Assembly (NCBI GenBank): GCA_001552015.1
Contig: CP010514.1
Span: forward strand, 150,001 to 182,000
DNA: 32,000 nucleotides
Direction of reading: 5' to 3'
Source of the DNA: Candidatus Nanopusillus acidilobi
GTDB lineage: Archaea > Nanobdellota > Nanobdellia > Nanobdellales > Nanobdellaceae
Shown: piece by piece, positions 26,495 through 32,000 of the stretch
How the letters are laid out: every line of letters begins with the position of its first letter
Numbering within the stretch: position 1 is the stretch's first letter
Made by a program: the position numbers and the translations under genes
The notes under the pieces: generated by a model
Databases searched by the model: none
Told to the model about the DNA's origin: nothing
The model's input: only the letters and a program-made list of their open reading frames with translations

Positions 26495-28630
26495 TTATAA
26501 ATCTATGGAGGGTTTAGTTACAGTCTCCCTCAATTTATTTATTAAATTATCATCAACCTTATTAAATAGGACCTGGGGTTCTTTAACTATCTCTATAACT
26601 ATATTATTAGAAAATTGTAGAAGGGTATTTAGGTTATCAAAGGATATTTCCTTATAATTTATAAATTCAAAGAATTTTTCTGAAGAATTTGGTATAAATG
26701 GATATAACATTGTATATATAGAAATTAATAATATAATTAAAGATTTAACTAAACTTTTATTATTTTCAGGATTTTCCCATGGTTTATTTTCTTGAAATAT
26801 TTTATTTCCATAACTAGATAATTCTAATATTTTCCTTAATGCTAAATTAAATTCTCCTTTATCCATATATTTATAATATTCATTTAATGTATTATTTATT
26901 GTGTTTATTACATCTTTTCTAACATTACCATCTATTTTATTATTATAATATTTTCTAACAAAAGACAAAATTCTATGTGTAAGATTTCCTATATTATTTA
27001 CTAGTTCATTATTTATAACAGATTGAAAATCTTCCCATTTAAAATCGGAATCTCTATTATATGGTAAAATATATGAAAGATAGAATCTCCAATAATCAGG
27101 ATCAAGTTCTGATTTAATTAAAGAATCACAAAATATACCCCAATTTTGACTTTTGCTAATTTTTCTATTTTCATATGTTAAATAAGATAATCCAATTACA
27201 TTATATGGTAAACTATAATTATCCAATTTTGTATATTCAAAGAATTCTTTATAATTATCACTTACATTATGTGTAGATAACAAAATTGCTGGCCAAAATA
27301 CTGCATGAAATGGAATATTATCTTTACCTAAAAAGTGGTATACTTTTCCATTTATCCAAAATTCCCTCCAATTAATATCTAAAACAATTTTTATAACTTT
27401 TTTATTTTCAAATAAGAATTTTAATATTTTATATAAATTAAAAAATTCACTATATAATCCCGATAAATATAAAACACTTCCATCTATTTTATATTCCAAT
27501 TCATATACTTTATTATTTATTTTTATTTTAATTATTTTTCCATTATCTTCTAATAAAGATAAGTCATTAATATTTTCATCTTTTACATCATCATATATAT
27601 ATTCTTCCTTTAATTTTTGTGCAATAAATGATATATATCCAATTAATGCATCATACCAAACATATAATACTTTATCCTTATATTCTTCAAAATGATTATA
27701 TAGATTTAATATACTATCAACTTTTGGCCAATTTTCTTCTACAATTTTTAAAATATTTGTGTATTCATCTGTATTTATAACTAGACCCTCTTCTTTTAAT
27801 GCATTTATTAAAGAATCAACAAAAGTATCTTTTGAATTAAATGATAATTTGTCAAATATTTTCTTAATTGTTACTTGCCATAATTCTTTATATGGAACTG
27901 GTACTCCAAAGGATAGATCTCTAGTTATACTTCTTTCCTTTAATCCCTCTTTTATCCATGATAGAGACATTGTTATTGCTAGATCTGTAAATATGTCTTT
28001 CTTACTTTCTAAATATTCTTTTATTTTATCCTCTAATTTAGTTAAATTTAAATATAGATGTTTTGTTTTTCTAAATATAATTTTATTTCCAGTAATTGAA
28101 TTCCTCGGATCAATTAGTTCTTTAGGATCTAATAATCTACCACAACTTTCACATTGATCTCCTCTAGCATTTTCATATCCACAATATGGGCATTTTCCTA
28201 CAACAAATCTATCGGCTAGAAATTTATTCCACTCAGGATCATATGGTAATTCAACCTCTTTTTCTACTATATAACCATTTATATATGCTTTAATAAACAA
28301 TTCTTGTACTATTTTATAATGTAGAGGATTATTTGACGTTTGACTAAATTGATCAAATGATAGATTAAACCATTTATATACTTCTTCATGTATATTATGA
28401 AAAAAATTAACAATTTCTTCTGGTTTTTTATTTCTTTTAATTGCTTCTACTTCTGTAGCAGATCCATGATCATCTGTTCCGCATAAATAAAATACAATAT
28501 TACCTTTTAATCTATTGTATCTTGCAAATATATCTGAGGGTAAAAGACTTCCAGCAATGTGTCCTATATGCGGTACATTATTTACATATGGTAATGCTGA
28601 TGTAATTAATACAATATCTTTACTTTCCAT
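26495..28630 (-). CDS. metG: Methionyl-tRNA synthetase
   Basis: ITSALPYVNNVPHIGHIAGSLLPSDIFARY, zinc knuckle CPYCGYENARGDQCESCG, WYDALIGYISF, RKISKSQNWGIF. Confidence 0.95.
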   Translation of the reverse strand: MESKDIVLITSALPYVNNVPHIGHIAGSLLPSDIFARYNRLKGNIVFYLCGTDDHGSATEVEAIKRNKKPEEIVNFFHNIHEEVYKWFNLSFDQFSQTSNNPLHYKIVQELFIKAYINGYIVEKEVELPYDPEWNKFLADRFVVGKCPYCGYENARGDQCESCGRLLDPKELIDPRNSITGNKIIFRKTKHLYLNLTKLEDKIKEYLESKKDIFTDLAITMSLSWIKEGLKERSITRDLSFGVPVPYKELWQVTIKKIFDKLSFNSKDTFVDSLINALKEEGLVINTDEYTNILKIVEENWPKVDSILNLYNHFEEYKDKVLYVWYDALIGYISFIAQKLKEEYIYDDVKDENINDLSLLEDNGKIIKIKINNKVYELEYKIDGSVLYLSGLYSEFFNLYKILKFLFENKKVIKIVLDINWREFWINGKVYHFLGKDNIPFHAVFWPAILLSTHNVSDNYKEFFEYTKLDNYSLPYNVIGLSYLTYENRKISKSQNWGIFCDSLIKSELDPDYWRFYLSYILPYNRDSDFKWEDFQSVINNELVNNIGNLTHRILSFVRKYYNNKIDGNVRKDVINTINNTLNEYYKYMDKGEFNLALRKILELSSYGNKIFQENKPWENPENNKSLVKSLIILLISIYTMLYPFIPNSSEKFFEFINYKEISFDNLNTLLQFSNNIVIEIVKEPQVLFNKVDDNLINKLRETVTKPSIDL

Positions 28631-28661
28631 AAAATCATTGTTAATTATTATTTTTATAAAT

Positions 28662-31094
28662 TCATAACAGATCTTCTATATCTTCTTTATTCTTTGATAC
28701 GAAATTTGTATATATTTCAGAATAATGACTGAATTTTATTATGTCATTCTTATATTTTGGTAAGTTTTTTATCATGAATTGTTTTATATCTTTTACAATA
28801 TTTCCAGTATATGCTTCAAATAAGCTTCTTATAACATCTCTTATAACTAAATATGCATTTTCATATTTTTTTATTTCACTAATATTATCTCTAAACCATT
28901 GATATAATACATAAACAACCTCTGGATTTTTTGATATATTTGTAAATAATGTTCTCCAATCTTGTAATTTTATATGATTATCTATTGCTTTATCTAATAA
29001 ATCTACAATTATGTTAGTTCTTCTAAAGTTAGATAATCCTCTTAATAATATTATTCTTTCCTCAGGGTTTTGTGATTTGGAATATAGATTATACATTCTT
29101 ATATATTCATTTGTTCCTCCATGCAAACCAATTATATCAGATATAACTTGTCTATCATTATTATTTAATTTTTCCCATTCTTTGAATTTATTAAATGAAT
29201 CTTTTATTATATTGTAATCATTTAAGAATCCTTGAGTTTTATATGCCAATCTTTTTAACATTAAACTATTATAATCCTTTATTTCTATATTATAATAATT
29301 CTTAAATATATCTTTATATTGTTCAAATATTCTTCTTTCTTCTATATTAAAGTAAAATGATATATCATATAATATTGTATATAATATTGATAAAACCAGC
29401 CAATTATCTTCATTTCTATAATATTCAATTAATTCGAATAATTTCTTTAATTTAATTTTATTCATTAATGCTAATAAATAATAATCATGTAAAATAACAG
29501 CCCTACTTAATGATGATATTTTCTTTTCCTTAATTGCATTTCCTATATATTCCAAATTTTCATAATTTGATATATAAAAACCAATAGCATCTCTATTAAT
29601 TATAAAATATCTAGGATCTCTTTTAAGTATAATCTTTCCCTTTGATTTATTGAATAATATATTCATTTTTTCTCCTTCAATATCTAAAAATAAAGGAATT
29701 GTCCATTTCTTATTTTCTTTCTTATTATATAAAAATCTTGATTGAGATAAATGTATTACAAGATTATTATAATGTACATTTATTATTGGATAACCAGGAG
29801 AATTTACAAATTTTTCAATTATTTCTCTTATATATTTCCCGCCTATCAATTCAAATTCTTTAAATAGATCTGAAGAACTAGCATTAGAATATTTATATTT
29901 ATGTAAATAATTTATTATTGCAACCCTAAATTTATCATATCCTAAATAATTATCTATCATTCTTAATATATTTCCGCCTTTTCCATAACTTATACTATCA
30001 AAAATACTCTCAATTTCTTCTTCTTTTTCTACTTTAACATTTATTGGATGTGTATAAATTGTCGAATCTTCAAATTTTGCTTCATATGTATCAACAGCAT
30101 ACATATAATTTGATCCAATATTATTTTCATTTAATAATTCATCCATAGCTTTATATGCCATATATGTTGCAAAAGATTCATTTAACCAAAGATCATCCCA
30201 CCATTTCATAGTAACCAAATTTCCAGACCATTGGTGCCATAATTCATGAGCTATAACTTCATATATTCTTAATTTCTGTCCATATGAATAATAATCCTCT
30301 TTATATAATAGTGCAGATTCTCTAAATGTAATTGCACCCCAATTTTCCATTGCCCCAGCAGCAAAATCTGGTATGGCAATTAAATCCAATTTTTCTAATG
30401 GATATTCTATTGAAGAATATTTTTCATAATATTCTAATACTTTTTTTGCCCAATCTAAAGCATTTTCTCCATCCTTAGCTTTACCAATATCAGTAACAAT
30501 TCTTATTTTCTTATTTTCATATTTATCTTCTAGATAATCAAATTTTCCTATTCCCAAATATAATAAATATGTAGACATTGGTGGAGTTTTCTTAAATTTT
30601 ACAATTTTATAATCTTCATTTGTTTCTTCATTTTCTATTTCTGTATTTGATATTACATCATAATCTTTATCTACCTTTACTTCTAATTCGAATTCTGCTT
30701 TAAACTCTGGTTCATCAAAGCATGGGATAAAATATCTTGCATATGTAGGTTCAAATTGTGTAGTTAATATTATATTTTTTCCTTTACTTAAATAAAATCC
30801 AATTAGATCATTTCTTATCTTTCCCTTAAATTTTATATATAATTTATTTTTTCCATAATATTTATTATATAGATTTATTTCAACTGTTTCATTGTCTATA
30901 TTTCTAAAACTTACCTTTTTATTATCTAACTTTATTAATTCTATTTTTATGTCTTTTGAATGTAAATATATTTTATTTGTAGGTTTATTTATATCAATTT
31001 CTATATTTTCTTCTCCTCTATATTCTAAATTATTAATATCTACATCTAATTTTATATAATATTTGATTGGTTTTACATCCTTAGGCAATCTCAT
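28662..31094 (-). CDS. M1 family aminopeptidase (tricorn-interacting-factor-like)
   Basis: GAMENWGAITFRE, HELWHQWSGNLVTMKWWDDLWLNESFATY (HExxH-18-E). Confidence 0.95.
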   Translation of the reverse strand: MRLPKDVKPIKYYIKLDVDINNLEYRGEENIEIDINKPTNKIYLHSKDIKIELIKLDNKKVSFRNIDNETVEINLYNKYYGKNKLYIKFKGKIRNDLIGFYLSKGKNIILTTQFEPTYARYFIPCFDEPEFKAEFELEVKVDKDYDVISNTEIENEETNEDYKIVKFKKTPPMSTYLLYLGIGKFDYLEDKYENKKIRIVTDIGKAKDGENALDWAKKVLEYYEKYSSIEYPLEKLDLIAIPDFAAGAMENWGAITFRESALLYKEDYYSYGQKLRIYEVIAHELWHQWSGNLVTMKWWDDLWLNESFATYMAYKAMDELLNENNIGSNYMYAVDTYEAKFEDSTIYTHPINVKVEKEEEIESIFDSISYGKGGNILRMIDNYLGYDKFRVAIINYLHKYKYSNASSSDLFKEFELIGGKYIREIIEKFVNSPGYPIINVHYNNLVIHLSQSRFLYNKKENKKWTIPLFLDIEGEKMNILFNKSKGKIILKRDPRYFIINRDAIGFYISNYENLEYIGNAIKEKKISSLSRAVILHDYYLLALMNKIKLKKLFELIEYYRNEDNWLVLSILYTILYDISFYFNIEERRIFEQYKDIFKNYYNIEIKDYNSLMLKRLAYKTQGFLNDYNIIKDSFNKFKEWEKLNNNDRQVISDIIGLHGGTNEYIRMYNLYSKSQNPEERIILLRGLSNFRRTNIIVDLLDKAIDNHIKLQDWRTLFTNISKNPEVVYVLYQWFRDNISEIKKYENAYLVIRDVIRSLFEAYTGNIVKDIKQFMIKNLPKYKNDIIKFSHYSEIYTNFVSKNKEDIEDLL

Positions 31095-31126
31095 TAATAT
31101 ATAAAATATTCCGATATATTTTTAAT

Positions 31127-31759
31127 ATGAATAAGGTTTACAAATTGCTGGGCTTTCCAATAACAATATGGTTAATAATTATACTCTTTATAGTATATAT
31201 TATAGAATTAATGTATCCATCAATATTAAATATAATTGCTTTTTATCCACATTATGCTATAAGATATCCATGGATGTTTATAACATCTATTTTTGGGGAT
31301 TATGATTTAACACAATTATTCTTTGATGGATTAGCACTGTTTTTTCTTGGTTTATTATTTGAATATTTATATGGAAGTAAAGATCTTTTAATATTATTTT
31401 TCTTATCCGGTATTATTGGAAATATATTCTTTTTATTTCAATATTATAATAACCCTCTAGTTAGTGGAATTGGATCTTCTGCTGCTATATCTGGTATATT
31501 GGGTGCATTGGGGATATTGAGACCAAAAGAGAAAGTAATAATATTTCCAATAATAATTCCAATCGATATGATATATGCTGCAATATTTTGGGCTATATTT
31601 AACTTAATTGGAATATTTTATCCCTTTGTACCTTTGGGATTTTCTGCACATCTGGGTGGTACATTATTTGGATTTTTATATGGATATATATTAAAAAAAT
31701 ATAAAGGAAAAACATCAATAGATAATATTTTTGATAATCAAGAAGAGATTTATTTATAA
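31127..31759 (+). CDS. Rhomboid family intramembrane serine protease
   Basis: GSSAAISGILGALG (GxSx) and SAHLGGTLFGFLYGYILKK. Confidence 0.88.
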   Translation: MNKVYKLLGFPITIWLIIILFIVYIIELMYPSILNIIAFYPHYAIRYPWMFITSIFGDYDLTQLFFDGLALFFLGLLFEYLYGSKDLLILFFLSGIIGNIFFLFQYYNNPLVSGIGSSAAISGILGALGILRPKEKVIIFPIIIPIDMIYAAIFWAIFNLIGIFYPFVPLGFSAHLGGTLFGFLYGYILKKYKGKTSIDNIFDNQEEIYL

Positions 31760-31806
31760 TTTTTTGCTTAATAAAATTATATAAATTATAAAGTGTAATT
31801 ATTAAA

Positions 31807-32000
31807 ATGGAAGCAAAAGTCGAAAACACAAACGAAAAATTAATAAAGGAAATAAGAACAAAATTGGCTACATTATCTACAAATACACTTTTAAGATATT
31901 ATGAAGATATTAGATCAAAGATTATCCCTTCAAATTTGTCATATTATTCTCAATATTTATCATATGAAGAATTATTAGATAATGTTGAAAGGGAATTAAT
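31807..32000 (+). CDS. Hypothetical protein, 3' end beyond window
   Basis: Open from ATG 31807: MEAKVENTNEKLIKEIRTKLATLSTNTLLRYYEDIRSKIIPSNLSYYSQYLSYEELLDNVERE... Confidence 0.5.
   Translation, partial: MEAKVENTNEKLIKEIRTKLATLSTNTLLRYYEDIRSKIIPSNLSYYSQYLSYEELLDNVEREL

Noticed and set aside
27759-29217. Plus-strand ORFs 27759-28157 and 29011-29217
   Set aside because: Antisense to metG and the M1 peptidase gene.
31599-31829. Minus-strand ORF 76 aa
   Set aside because: Largely antisense to the rhomboid protease gene.

Overview
AT-rich archaeal window. Small compact genes, archaeal-type translation and archaellum genes, and tRNAs without encoded CCA suggest a reduced-genome, Nanoarchaeota/DPANN-like organism (inference). 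Core right half, about 16.7-32 kb: TyrRS, FlaI/FlaH/FlaG-F-like/FlaD-E-like archaellum genes, eIF6, prefoldin alpha, ribosomal proteins eL20 (LX) and L3, tRNA-Pro(TGG), tRNA-Arg(TCT), Trm5, MetRS, M1 aminopeptidase and rhomboid protease. Accessory left part, about 0.6-16.5 kb: modular multi-helix membrane protein families, a LemA-like ORF with no canonical start codon before its anchor, an Lrp/AsnC regulator divergent from an archaeal AsnRS-like asparagine synthetase, a single-polypeptide restriction-modification enzyme, a zinc-ribbon/nuclease-like protein, and many gene remnants. Strongest non-coding signals: (1) two C/D-box sRNA candidates with identical architecture (RTGAAGA-N12-CTGA-TAA-ATGATGA-N12-CAGA) that share a matched change in both terminal boxes; (2) two 13-bp Lrp-like operators 41 bp apart between asnC-like and asparagine synthetase genes; (3) a 43-bp perfect repeat that looks like the promoter and start of two differently truncated ATPase-family genes; (4) two structured-RNA candidates. 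No CRISPR array and no complete transposon was seen.
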